IMG/VR virus record: IMGVR_UViG_3300028384_001046 | Coordinates: 1-64,000 of that record | Direction: 5' to 3' (one strand) | From: a virus | Length of the DNA stretch: 64,000 bases | Part shown: piece after piece, positions 1 through 8,044 of the stretch | Position numbering within the stretch: the stretch's first letter is position 1 | How the letters are laid out: every line of letters starts with the position of its first letter | Translations under genes and position numbers: made by a program | Notes under the pieces: model-generated | The model's database searches: none | What the model was told of the DNA's origin: nothing | Seen by the model: the letters and a program-made list of their open reading frames with translations, nothing else

Positions 1-540
1 GCTAACATTCGTGAGAGTTTAGACAACCCACACAAATTCTATGAGAACAATGTAACAAAAGCACGTAAGTTGTTCGATTGGTGTAGAGAAACTGGCACAC
101 TGTTGATGTATGCTTCATCGAGTGCAGTTGATGGAGAATACTGGGAAAATCCATACGCAATGAGCAAATGGATCAATGAAATCATGGCGCCTCCTAACTC
201 TATCGGAATGAGATTCACCACGGTATATGGTGAGAATAGTCGCCCAGACATGATGTATAGAATGCTGGAGGATAAGAGGGCCACTTATGTAACAAACCAC
301 ACTAGAGATTGGATTCATGTTGAAGATGTATGTTCTGCCATTCGTTGTCTTTCTTCTAGTACGATTAGAGGTCCTGTATCAGTTGGGACTGGCGTCTCAG
401 TTAGTGTAAAAGAGTTGGCAAATAAAATGGGTATGGGTCACCTACCAGTTAAAGAATTAACCCCAGGTGAGAGACAAGATAACACGGCAGATACTACGCT
501 ATTGTGTAGCACTGGATGGTATCCTAGGCACAAACTGTAG
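1..540 (+). CDS. NAD-dependent sugar epimerase/dehydratase (extended SDR), 5'-truncated by window edge
   Basis: Frame open from base 1; YASSSAV, catalytic YAMSK (YxxxK), RFTTVYG and RDWIHVEDV motifs. Confidence 0.85.
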   Translation, partial: ANIRESLDNPHKFYENNVTKARKLFDWCRETGTLLMYASSSAVDGEYWENPYAMSKWINEIMAPPNSIGMRFTTVYGENSRPDMMYRMLEDKRATYVTNHTRDWIHVEDVCSAIRCLSSSTIRGPVSVGTGVSVSVKELANKMGMGHLPVKELTPGERQDNTADTTLLCSTGWYPRHKL

Positions 541-558
541 CGAATGGAGTCGTAGCGA

Positions 559-632
559 GTGCCAGTGCCCGTAGTGTCCACTATCGGTTGAAATGGACCC
601 GTTGGCCTGTATTCTATAAGAGTCAAAGGAAC
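559..632 (+). promoter_or_regulatory. Early promoter cassette, copy 1 (dyad + TTGAAA/TATTCT + AAAGGA RBS)
   Basis: 74-bp unit repeated at 1323-1394 and 2570-2643; -35 588-593, -10 610-615; ATG at 641. Confidence 0.8.
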
Positions 633-640
633 GCAACTCA

Positions 641-871
641 ATGACCGTCATTCTTCAACCTCGCAAGATCAACAACACAATGTACGATATGCCCACGGTT
701 GGTGGACTTGACCGCTGCGAGATTAACACCAAACTACACTATCTCAACGTGGAAATGGATAAACTGAAGATGAAGCAATCATCACTGATTGCTATGCGTG
801 ACCAACTCGATCGACATGCAGAAATGCAGGAGATGGATGATCTTTTCGATCAAATGTTCGGAGGTGAGTGA
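641..871 (+). CDS. Early hypothetical protein
   Basis: ORF directly after promoter cassette and RBS. Confidence 0.75.
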   Translation: MTVILQPRKINNTMYDMPTVGGLDRCEINTKLHYLNVEMDKLKMKQSSLIAMRDQLDRHAEMQEMDDLFDQMFGGE

Positions 872-873
872 TA

Positions 874-1014
874 ATGACATTTACTGACCGACAATTAGAA
901 CTAATTGCTGAGGCCATTGAGGATTATGGTGTTCTGGTAGATGAAGAAACCGCAGATGAATGTGGTGAGATTCTAGACATTATTGAAGCACATTTTCAAA
1001 ACAAACGTTACTAA
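874..1014 (+). CDS. Small acidic hypothetical protein (46 aa, MTFTDRQLELIAEAIEDYG...)
   Basis: Translated by hand; GGAGG upstream; tiles between neighbours. Confidence 0.65.
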   Translation: MTFTDRQLELIAEAIEDYGVLVDEETADECGEILDIIEAHFQNKRY

Positions 1015-1023
1015 CTCTACATT

Positions 1024-1152
1024 ATGTCAAATCAACAAAACGATGAAATCTTCGAGTATTTGTTTGAACAAGTACAGGAAGAATATCCCGAATTGACTGA
1101 AATTCAACAGGCCACAATCGCTTCACAACGTTTCTGGAGTCTTGCTCAGTGA
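1024..1152 (+). CDS. Small hypothetical protein (42 aa)
   Basis: Translated by hand; TGATG coupling to next ORF. Confidence 0.6.
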   Translation: MSNQQNDEIFEYLFEQVQEEYPELTEIQQATIASQRFWSLAQ

Positions 1153-1319
1153 TGATTCGTTCTAAATCACAAATGATCAAAGTGATGTCACAATGCGCCG
1201 GCGCAGACACACTCACCCGTGAAGAAAAGTTTCAAGTCTTTGTCAACGTGTGCGACAACATGTTGAAGGAAGGTAGAATCACCAAAGCAAATCATAGTCG
1301 CTGGACTAACATCTGGTGA
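1152..1319 (+). CDS. Small hypothetical protein (55 aa, MIRSKSQMIK...RWTNIW)
   Basis: Translated by hand; stops 1 bp before the copy-2 dyad at 1321. Confidence 0.65.
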   Translation: MIRSKSQMIKVMSQCAGADTLTREEKFQVFVNVCDNMLKEGRITKANHSRWTNIW

Positions 1320-1320
1320 G

Positions 1321-1394
1321 GTGTGCCAGTGGACGTGGTGTCCACTATCGGTTGATTTGGTCCCGTTTTCCTGTATTCTATAAGAGTCAAAGGA
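1321..1394 (+). promoter_or_regulatory. Early promoter cassette, copy 2
   Basis: 64/72 identical to copy 1; contains perfect AGTGGAC/GTCCACT hairpin; -10 TATTCT 1374-1379. Confidence 0.8.
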
Positions 1395-1403
1395 GTTCAC
1401 CCC

Positions 1404-1631
1404 ATGCAACTTACTTCCAAACGTCATTCCATGGTTGTTGAGTTTCGCCCTCATGCCATTCTGACTGATAAGTTTGTCTACACTTTGAAGTTCAAAGGTG
1501 AAGCACAATCCATGCGATTGTTCACTAAAAAAGAGATGATTGAAACGTGCAATTCTCGTCTCGACATTCATGGTTATCAGGTCACAGATTTTCTGACTGA
1601 ACCACAACAGTACATGCCTGCTTCTTGCTGA
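1404..1631 (+). CDS. Early hypothetical protein
   Basis: ORF after cassette with AAGGAG RBS. Confidence 0.75.
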   Translation: MQLTSKRHSMVVEFRPHAILTDKFVYTLKFKGEAQSMRLFTKKEMIETCNSRLDIHGYQVTDFLTEPQQYMPASC

Positions 1632-1633
1632 TC

Positions 1634-1825
1634 ATGTTAGAACAAACGACACCAACTTATTCAGAATTGCTTCAAATTCTGATTCGACTTTCTCCAGAAC
1701 AGTTGAAGCAGAACGTCACAATCTACGACATCGAAAATGATGAGTATTTTCCTTGTTTTCGGTTTGAAACTCTTCATCAATCCGATGACGTTCTTGACAC
1801 CGACCATCCCTACATTGCTTTTTGA
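1634..1825 (+). CDS. Hypothetical protein
   Basis: Tiling ORF; ATG at 1634 preferred to TTG 1625. Confidence 0.65.
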   Translation: MLEQTTPTYSELLQILIRLSPEQLKQNVTIYDIENDEYFPCFRFETLHQSDDVLDTDHPYIAF

Positions 1826-1831
1826 TTGACT

Positions 1832-2020
1832 ATGCCAATGCACACTTCCTATACTGATCGCTACTCGTCCGATGAAGCATTTGATGGTGATTGGGATGAC
1901 ATTATGTCACCAGATGAATATGAAGATTATATTGACCGAGTACAATATGCTAAGAGTATGGGTCTGAAACGTCCCGTATATCGTCCACAACGTAATCTAA
2001 ACCCTCTCAGCGATTATTGA
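1832..2020 (+). CDS. Hypothetical protein (acidic N-half)
   Basis: Tiling ORF; start uncertain. Confidence 0.6.
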   Translation: MPMHTSYTDRYSSDEAFDGDWDDIMSPDEYEDYIDRVQYAKSMGLKRPVYRPQRNLNPLSDY

Positions 2021-2205
2021 TGACTACTTACGAAATTGACACCATTGTAGATGGTTTAAGAGATGCTATTCGCATCTGTGCCGATGTTGATGGAATGAGT
2101 GAAGATTACGAGAAAAGTTATCCCTATGCTGCGGGATATGCTCGTGCTTCAATGCAACATGCTGTAAAAACCTTAATTGAACTAAAGGAGAGAGATTATG
2201 CCTGA
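2020..2205 (+). CDS. Hypothetical protein
   Basis: Coupled to upstream stop. Confidence 0.65.
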   Translation: MTTYEIDTIVDGLRDAIRICADVDGMSEDYEKSYPYAAGYARASMQHAVKTLIELKERDYA

Positions 2206-2404
2206 TTCATGGAGAGAACACTGCCGAGGTTTGCTTTCTGATGTGATTGCAGAGTATCTAAATGATGAGAATTTTACGCCCGATGATTTGATCGATGATT
2301 TTAGGGCTGAACTTAAATCATGGATGGACTATCATCGAGAACAAGAGATGAAAGCATCACAAATGTACTGTAAAACTGTCGGATTGACTAATAGTAAACT
2401 ATGA
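2198..2404 (+). CDS. Hypothetical protein
   Basis: AAAGGAG RBS, overlapping start. Confidence 0.7.
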   Translation: MPDSWREHCRGLLSDVIAEYLNDENFTPDDLIDDFRAELKSWMDYHREQEMKASQMYCKTVGLTNSKL

Positions 2405-2565
2405 AGAATGAATTAATCAAAGCATACGGAGGTCGTGTACTTATGTCGCCTGGTTGTCTCAATGATCCTGTAATCGTTGCAGCATTAGAGTCACTGAGTC
2501 AACGCAACTTTGAACAACAAAATGTAGTAAATGGCGAGGTCTGGTGGATTAGCGATAGGCACTAG
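2401..2565 (+). CDS. Small hypothetical protein (54 aa)
   Basis: ATGA overlap; ends just before cassette copy 3. Confidence 0.6.
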   Translation: MKNELIKAYGGRVLMSPGCLNDPVIVAALESLSQRNFEQQNVVNGEVWWISDRH

Positions 2566-2567
2566 GG

Positions 2568-2643
2568 GTGTGCCAATGCCCGTAGTGTCCACTTTTTGTT
2601 GAAATGGACCCGTTGGCCTGTATTCTATAAGAGTCAAAGGAAC
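2568..2643 (+). promoter_or_regulatory. Early promoter cassette, copy 3
   Basis: 70/74 identical to copy 1; ATG at 2651. Confidence 0.8.
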
Positions 2644-2650
2644 ACACCTC

Positions 2651-2833
2651 ATGCTCAATTCTCAAGAGACTTCCGCCGTTATCTACAAGCAACTGTTTAC
2701 TGGCGCCGAATGGGATGCCATTGCTTTTGCTATGAAAGATTATGGTGATTTTCATGGCGGAATGGATGAAACGATTGCTAACAATGTTCAAGCAAAGATC
2801 TCTAAAATCTTTGAACTGACCTCTGCTAAGTGA
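2651..2833 (+). CDS. Early hypothetical protein, paralog of 3813..3983
   Basis: Shared SAxIYKQLFTxxEWDAIxxAMKDY motif. Confidence 0.8.
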   Translation: MLNSQETSAVIYKQLFTGAEWDAIAFAMKDYGDFHGGMDETIANNVQAKISKIFELTSAK

Positions 2834-2838
2834 TTCAC

Positions 2839-3063
2839 ATGAGTTACACTGATCCCTGCACAATCGCTCTTCAATCTGATAAAGAACTCATGGCCATTCA
2901 TGAAGAACCGATGTTTATTCTTCACGGAGAATTTCATCGTGACAATGGTTGGGTGATGCGAGATTCTCTCTCTTATATTAAACCAACTGTTGAGGAAGCG
3001 ATTGCTACATGTAATCGACTCAATCCCAACTTTGTGATTCACTCTGTAACGATTGAAGATTGA
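2839..3063 (+). CDS. Hypothetical protein
   Basis: Tiling ORF. Confidence 0.65.
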   Translation: MSYTDPCTIALQSDKELMAIHEEPMFILHGEFHRDNGWVMRDSLSYIKPTVEEAIATCNRLNPNFVIHSVTIED

Positions 3064-3266
3064 TGAAAACAACAACAGCAACTTACATCGTCAATGTAAC
3101 AACCGACGATGAAAACATCATCACATTTTACAAGACAATGCCCACACGTCCAACAACACCGAAAGGGATTAAATCGCAGAATAATAAGATTGAACAATGG
3201 GTGATGAAAACTTATCCTAACTGGCAGGAAATTAATGTTAAATTGCAGCAGGAAGAGTTAGTGTAG
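3063..3266 (+). CDS. Hypothetical protein
   Basis: TGATG coupling. Confidence 0.65.
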   Translation: MKTTTATYIVNVTTDDENIITFYKTMPTRPTTPKGIKSQNNKIEQWVMKTYPNWQEINVKLQQEELV

Positions 3267-3273
3267 AGAAATA

Positions 3274-3332
3274 GTGTGCCAATCAACAAACCGCACACAA
3301 AACCTACCATTCCCCGCCAGAGGCCTTATATT
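3274..3332 (+). promoter_or_regulatory. Divergent early promoter cassette, copy 4 (GTGTGC-N13-GCACAC dyad + TATATT -10)
   Basis: Same 53-bp dyad-to--10 spacing as copy 2; no canonical -35. Confidence 0.6.
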
Positions 3333-3382
3333 AGGTACATGGGAGGGACACCACCCAATTCACTTCACTAACTTCACTCATC

Positions 3383-3733
3383 ATGCGTAAGATCGAACAA
3401 CAAATGTGTGCTGCTGTTCAGAAGAACATCAACTGGCAGTCTGGTAACACTTCTGTTCACTTTGACGAAGAATCTGGCGTCTCTGTTGTTCGCCTTCACG
3501 GTAACAAGATTGCCGAGATTAGTGACAACGACATGACCATTTTTGATGGTGGTTGGCAGACTGTCACAACTAAGTCTCGTTTGAATGCTCTTTGCGAGGA
3601 GTTTTGCATCGCTGGTGAGGGTGTTTTTCAGAAAGATTTTCAGTGGTTTGTTCGTAAGTTTGTCGCAGAATCTTCCATCACTGGTAAGGTCTACAACGTC
3701 GATGATTTCACCAATGGGTATGTTTTTGCCTGA
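3383..3733 (+). CDS. Conserved phage early hypothetical protein (LHGNKIA...GGWQTVTTKSRLNA family)
   Basis: Motif recurrent in cyanophage early regions; phage-like codon usage. Confidence 0.8.
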   Translation: MRKIEQQMCAAVQKNINWQSGNTSVHFDEESGVSVVRLHGNKIAEISDNDMTIFDGGWQTVTTKSRLNALCEEFCIAGEGVFQKDFQWFVRKFVAESSITGKVYNVDDFTNGYVFA

Positions 3734-3812
3734 TATGATTACAGACGCAACAGAGAAGGACTGGAACGACTTTTGGCACGGTCCTGACATTAACTCCGAC
3801 ACACAAACTAAC

Positions 3813-3983
3813 ATGACAGATCAACAAATGTCCGCGACAATCTACAAACAACTGTTTACAGATTCAGAGTGGGATGCTATCTCTTCTGCAATGAAAGATT
3901 ACGCCGATTATGGTGACGATGAATCAAACATTGCTGATTCGATTGATGCTAAAATCTCTGCCATTTACAACCTCACTAAGTGA
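3813..3983 (+). CDS. Early hypothetical protein, paralog of 2651..2833
   Basis: Similarity starts at MTDQQMSATIYKQLFT; upstream extension in ORF track overlaps previous gene. Confidence 0.7.
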   Translation: MTDQQMSATIYKQLFTDSEWDAISSAMKDYADYGDDESNIADSIDAKISAIYNLTK

Positions 3984-3985
3984 AC

Positions 3986-4147
3986 ATGAACGAACTCCAA
4001 CTGCAAGCGATTGAAGTGATGCAAACGGTTGAAGATACCGTTGCTTATTTGTGTTCTGAAAATCAACTTTCTGGTGAGAAAGTATGGACAATGATCGGTG
4101 CTCTTGCTGATGCAAAACTCACAGAATTTCCCGATCATGATGAATGA
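3986..4147 (+). CDS. Small hypothetical protein (53 aa)
   Basis: Translated by hand; tiles. Confidence 0.6.
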   Translation: MNELQLQAIEVMQTVEDTVAYLCSENQLSGEKVWTMIGALADAKLTEFPDHDE

Positions 4148-4460
4148 CTTCCTGGATAATCTTGCTGCTAATCTTCATCACAAGTCACAACCTAAAATGA
4201 AACTCACCAAATCACAATTAGAACAGTTCAAAGCGAACTATGCCGAGTTGATTGTTGATGGGATGGATATGAAAACTCTCGAACAATTTGCTATTGAGAG
4301 TATCGAACAAAACATCAAAGATTGGACTGAAGATGAAATCAAGGATGAGATTCTTGATTACTATGGTGAAGAAACTCTGAATGATCTCATTCCATATGAA
4401 ATGAGATATAATGCTCTTGAAACTAATACTCCTCAATATGGAATGGGGGTGGGTAAGTGA
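4140..4460 (+). CDS. Hypothetical acidic protein
   Basis: ORF; start uncertain (4137/4140/4197). Confidence 0.65.
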   Translation: MNDFLDNLAANLHHKSQPKMKLTKSQLEQFKANYAELIVDGMDMKTLEQFAIESIEQNIKDWTEDEIKDEILDYYGEETLNDLIPYEMRYNALETNTPQYGMGVGK

Positions 4461-4633
4461 CAAGTATTGTCTATGCGTCAGATGTAAAGACAAAGGAAAA
4501 ACAGTACGTTGTTCGCTTTAGTAATGGCACTTACATCTACTCTAATTCTGTTCTCCCTATTCTCCCGTTTTTCCAAGATCCTTATTCACATTTCCCAGGT
4601 GAAAACGCGCCGCCCCATTATTACTTTCCGTAA
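4457..4633 (+). CDS. Small hypothetical protein (58 aa, GTG start)
   Basis: GTGA overlap upstream and TAATG coupling downstream. Confidence 0.5.
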   Translation: MTSIVYASDVKTKEKQYVVRFSNGTYIYSNSVLPILPFFQDPYSHFPGENAPPHYYFP

Positions 4634-4764
4634 TGCCAACTGATTCACAAACCCGTAAAGTGTTTAATTATTATGCAAAATTACCAGTACAATCCCGAGA
4701 GCGATTGTATAAGGAAATCGTCAAGTATTATCAGGACGAAGAGTTACAAAAGATTGACAAATAA
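4633..4764 (+). CDS. Small hypothetical protein (43 aa)
   Basis: TAATG coupling. Confidence 0.5.
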   Translation: MPTDSQTRKVFNYYAKLPVQSRERLYKEIVKYYQDEELQKIDK

Positions 4765-4782
4765 TCCCATTTAATATAAAAT
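4754..4782 (+). promoter_or_regulatory. sigma70-type promoter
   Basis: TTGACA-17 bp-TAAAAT upstream of 4806 ORF. Confidence 0.7.
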
Positions 4783-4805
4783 AGAACAGTTCAACTTTCT
4801 CCATC

Positions 4806-5012
4806 ATGATTCTCTCCAACCCGCCACTTACTCGTTACCGTGTTACCCTAGATTTCACAGTAGATGATACTAACTGTGTTCATCCTAAAGATTGGAATTG
4901 GAATGAACTTCTAGAGTTAAAGAATGAAGAAAAGATTCGTGAGGTTTATGTAGAAAACCTCGGATATATTAACTCTAAGAAAGGTAAGCGGAAGGAGAGG
5001 AAAAATGGATGA
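4806..5012 (+). CDS. Hypothetical protein
   Basis: ORF after promoter. Confidence 0.7.
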   Translation: MILSNPPLTRYRVTLDFTVDDTNCVHPKDWNWNELLELKNEEKIREVYVENLGYINSKKGKRKERKNG

Positions 5013-5121
5013 AGAAGAGTACACAATGCTCACTGAATCAGAAGAGGAACAGTATAGGGAACACCTAACAGATTGTCCTGAGTATGATGATGCTATGGAG
5101 TGTGATTATACTTACGATTAG
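5005..5121 (+). CDS. Small highly acidic protein (38 aa)
   Basis: AAGGAG RBS; overlapping start. Confidence 0.5.
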   Translation: MDEEEYTMLTESEEEQYREHLTDCPEYDDAMECDYTYD

Positions 5122-5140
5122 TGCTCTAATACACTGTCAA

Positions 5141-5188
5141 GTGCCTTCGGATATGCTTCACAGTATCTCTGAAGGTGCTTTTCTTTGC
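5141..5188 (+). terminator. Probable intrinsic terminator ending early transcripts
   Basis: GTGCCTTCGGA...TCTGAAGGTGC imperfect stem followed by TTTTCTTT. Confidence 0.5.
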
Positions 5189-5285
5189 TATTAGTTAAAT
5201 GGTTAAAAAAACATACTTGAGTGTTGTATCTCTTGAAGATGTATGCGTGAATTAAATGCTCTCAGGAGTCGTTATCTTGGACCTC

Positions 5286-5314
5286 AGGCTATCACAAACT
5301 CGGAGAAATGTCAA
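5286..5314 (-). promoter_or_regulatory. Leftward sigma70-type promoter
   Basis: Minus strand TTGACA-17 bp-TAGCCT with TGn extended -10. Confidence 0.5.
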
Positions 5315-5371
5315 GACCCTCGGAGCAATGTTATGGACCCCGTATAAGAGATTCTGATGGTAGCAAATGAC

Positions 5372-5400
5372 TTGACAATCCTCGGAGCATTCGTTATACT
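5372..5400 (+). promoter_or_regulatory. sigma70-type promoter
   Basis: TTGACA-17 bp-TATACT; AAAGGA RBS then ORF 5427. Confidence 0.8.
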
Positions 5401-5426
5401 AACTCTGTAAGGGTTCAAAGGACAGA

Positions 5427-5633
5427 ATGCTTCACATGACTCCGAACACTCTGAACGTTGCTACTGCATCCCGTGAAGATCTTCTGATTGCTGATGCTCG
5501 TGGACAGGTTAAGTACACTGTGCTTAAAGCTCAACGTCCTCGGAAAGATCTGCTGGTCTTGACACAAACTAAGGGTCTCCGCACTAACACTAACCGTGGT
5601 AAGATTAACACTAAGATGGCTTCAGTGATCTGA
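5427..5633 (+). CDS. Small basic hypothetical protein
   Basis: Own promoter, RBS and downstream hairpin. Confidence 0.7.
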   Translation: MLHMTPNTLNVATASREDLLIADARGQVKYTVLKAQRPRKDLLVLTQTKGLRTNTNRGKINTKMASVI

Positions 5634-5643
5634 GAGGATATGT

Positions 5644-5682
5644 GAGGGGGTGCTTGACACTCCCTCTGATATCTGATAGAAT
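5644..5682 (+). promoter_or_regulatory. Hairpin-embedded sigma70 promoter
   Basis: GAGGGGGTG/CACTCCCTC stem with TTGACA (5654-59) across the loop; TGA-TAGAAT -10 at 17 bp. Confidence 0.75.
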
Positions 5683-5877
5683 GACAGTAGCGAATTAGCA
5701 GGGTTTTTGCGGTTCTTATATGTTAATGTCCGATCCGATGGGTTTTAAAAACAGCTAACTACCCTAACCTACAACGAACCAAAATCGAGAGAGTGATTTC
5801 GTGTTCATTAAAAAAATTTTTCAGGTATAAAAAGTCCCTCAGGGTCGAGCATAGATAAGGAGGTATTTAAAGAACTG

Positions 5878-6075
5878 ATGGCTACGTATCATATTAACGA
5901 AATGATCTTCCATGTATATGAGAAGAATACTGTAGGTGAAACTAGATTACTCAATTGTTGTTTAACTGTAGATGAACTTGAAAAGAAGTTAGAGAATGGA
6001 GAGATTGATCTAGGCAAAGTAGAGATTGAATGTTTGCCACCCAATAGAGAAGAATGTGAAGATGCAAGTTATTGA
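5878..6075 (+). CDS. Conserved cyanophage hypothetical protein
   Basis: AAGGAGG upstream; ends in DASY. Confidence 0.65.
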   Translation: MATYHINEMIFHVYEKNTVGETRLLNCCLTVDELEKKLENGEIDLGKVEIECLPPNREECEDASY

Positions 6076-6727
6076 TTTACCTAACTTTGGTATTATTGAG
6101 ACACAATTAACTGAACAACATGTAGATCTTCTGTATAAGGATTTGATTCGTCAAGCACCTAAGGGATGGGAGTTTGACGGTCATAAAATCATAAAGGGTA
6201 CAGAAGTATCTCAGTGGGACTTTGATTGGTCTTCAGAGACCTATGAGAAGTTTATGGGAGAGTGTCTTGGTCCATGTATCAGCACGTATGCCGAAAAGTA
6301 TGGTAAACATACTCTTATGTGTACATCACAGATGCATGGAATTAATGTAAGTCGGTGTTGGGTAAGATGTAGCAAACCAGGAGAATATCTTTCAGTACAT
6401 GATCATAGTGCTCTATGGTCTTTTGCAGTATGGTTAAACATTCCATATGACTATAAAGAAGAACAGAAAGATAATGAAGCGTTCACACCATATGCAGGAG
6501 ATTTTCAATTAATATATCCAGCAACTACTGGTATTATGTTAAAGAAGAATTGGAGACTCGATAGATCTATGGAAGGTCGTATGATCTTCTTCCCGAGTCA
6601 GATTAGTCATATGGTGTATCCTCATCATACCACTAGCGGCGCGGCGTTTGACGGTGAGTATCGTGTATGTGTTGCAGGTAATATCTCATTGGATAGTTAC
6701 CAAGTATTGGATAACGTAGCTTCTTAA
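6062..6727 (+). CDS. 2OG-Fe(II) oxygenase superfamily protein (TIGR02466-like)
   Basis: HDH, FFPSQISHMVYP and RVCVAGNI motifs; ATG at 6062. Confidence 0.8.
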   Translation: MQVIDLPNFGIIETQLTEQHVDLLYKDLIRQAPKGWEFDGHKIIKGTEVSQWDFDWSSETYEKFMGECLGPCISTYAEKYGKHTLMCTSQMHGINVSRCWVRCSKPGEYLSVHDHSALWSFAVWLNIPYDYKEEQKDNEAFTPYAGDFQLIYPATTGIMLKKNWRLDRSMEGRMIFFPSQISHMVYPHHTTSGAAFDGEYRVCVAGNISLDSYQVLDNVAS

Positions 6728-6770
6728 AGTGTTAAATGTATAGATATGGAGAACACTATATCTGTGTAAA

Positions 6771-6920
6771 ATGGAAATTCACATTGAACCTTACCACCTA
6801 GACTTGCTAATTGAGACAATTTCGTTTAGACTAGAAGAGGATCAACAATTACATTTTTTACCTGATGTGCGTTCTGATTTAGAAGAACTAATTGCAATGT
6901 TTGAAGATGAATATCTATAA
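6771..6920 (+). CDS. Small hypothetical protein (49 aa)
   Basis: Translated by hand. Confidence 0.5.
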   Translation: MEIHIEPYHLDLLIETISFRLEEDQQLHFLPDVRSDLEELIAMFEDEYL

Positions 6921-7074
6921 CGTCTATCTCGGTCAAGATATAATTATTCGTGAGTGCCGAGAAGAAGATTTAGAACATAAACTTGTATTTGTCAAAGAAT
7001 ATTTTGACTGGCATCAGGACGATGAACTACGTCATCAGAAGTTAAAAATAGTAAAGGTTGAGACTTCTAAATAA
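6907..7074 (+). CDS. Small hypothetical protein
   Basis: ATG at 6907. Confidence 0.6.
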   Translation: MNIYNVYLGQDIIIRECREEDLEHKLVFVKEYFDWHQDDELRHQKLKIVKVETSK

Positions 7075-7136
7075 ACCGTAACCATTGCAATGATTGATTT
7101 GCCGTGGTATAATAATTTCGTAAAACATTCACTGTT

Positions 7137-7889
7137 ATGGCTAAAGGATTTACCGTAAAAGCTAAGGCTCCTACACCGAAAAAAGTAGAAGATGATTTTG
7201 ATATCGCAGCAGCAAAGGAGATGGTAAAAGGCAAGAGTATTGTCTTCTGTCTCCCTGGTCGTGGTGTCTCCTATATTTTCCTCAAGGCATTTGTTCAACT
7301 ATGCTTTGATCTCGTTCAAACTGGTGCAAGTATTCAGATTGCACAAGATTACTCCTCCATGGTCAACTTTGCACGTTGTAAAGTGCTTGGGGCTAATGTC
7401 CTTCGTGGACCTAAACAGATTCCCTGGGATGGTAAGTTGGAGTATGATTACCAACTGTGGATTGACTCGGATATCGTCTTCGATGTTGAGAAGTTCTACC
7501 GTCTTGTGTGGATGCAGAAGGATATTGCAGCTGGTTGGTACATGACTGAGGATGGTAAGACCACCTCTGTTGCACACTGGTTGGAAGAAGATGACTTCGC
7601 TAAGAATGGTGGTGTCATGAATCACGAAACTGGTGAGTCCATCTCTCGTCGTCGTAAGCCTTTCACCGTAGACTACACTGGCTTCGGTTGGGTTCTGATC
7701 AAGAAGGGTGTATTTGAATCTCTTGAGTACCCCTGGTTTGCTCCTAAGATGCAGGTCTTTGAATCTGGTGATGTTCAGGATATGTGTGGAGAAGATGTTT
7801 CGTTCTGTCTCGACGCAAAAGAAGCAGGTTATGAGATCTGGTGTGATCCCAAGATTCGTGTTGGACACGAAAAGACTCGCGTGATCTGA
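7137..7889 (+). CDS. Conserved cyanophage GT-A fold glycosyltransferase-like protein
   Basis: WIDSDIVF (DxD), GFGWVLIK, GEDVSFC, VGHEK motifs. Confidence 0.75.
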   Translation: MAKGFTVKAKAPTPKKVEDDFDIAAAKEMVKGKSIVFCLPGRGVSYIFLKAFVQLCFDLVQTGASIQIAQDYSSMVNFARCKVLGANVLRGPKQIPWDGKLEYDYQLWIDSDIVFDVEKFYRLVWMQKDIAAGWYMTEDGKTTSVAHWLEEDDFAKNGGVMNHETGESISRRRKPFTVDYTGFGWVLIKKGVFESLEYPWFAPKMQVFESGDVQDMCGEDVSFCLDAKEAGYEIWCDPKIRVGHEKTRVI

Positions 7890-8044
7890 TGTTATACAAG
7901 GTCATGGAGTTAGGTACAGATGGTTGGGGGATTAATGACCCCCATCGTGATCGTAACCTGACCAAAGAACAAGCTAAAGAGAGACTTGAACATTATATTA
8001 ATGAGGGAGTCTCTCCTCAAAGACTTCAGGCTACTCCAGAATAA
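7889..8044 (+). CDS. Small hypothetical protein (51 aa)
   Basis: TGATG coupling; translated by hand. Confidence 0.6.
   Translation: MLYKVMELGTDGWGINDPHRDRNLTKEQAKERLEHYINEGVSPQRLQATPE

Noticed and set aside
559-3332. Repeats as a CRISPR array or attC-like integron sites
   Set aside because: Spacers are 0.6-1.2 kb of genes, repeats contain promoter and RBS, and no cas or integrase gene is in the window.
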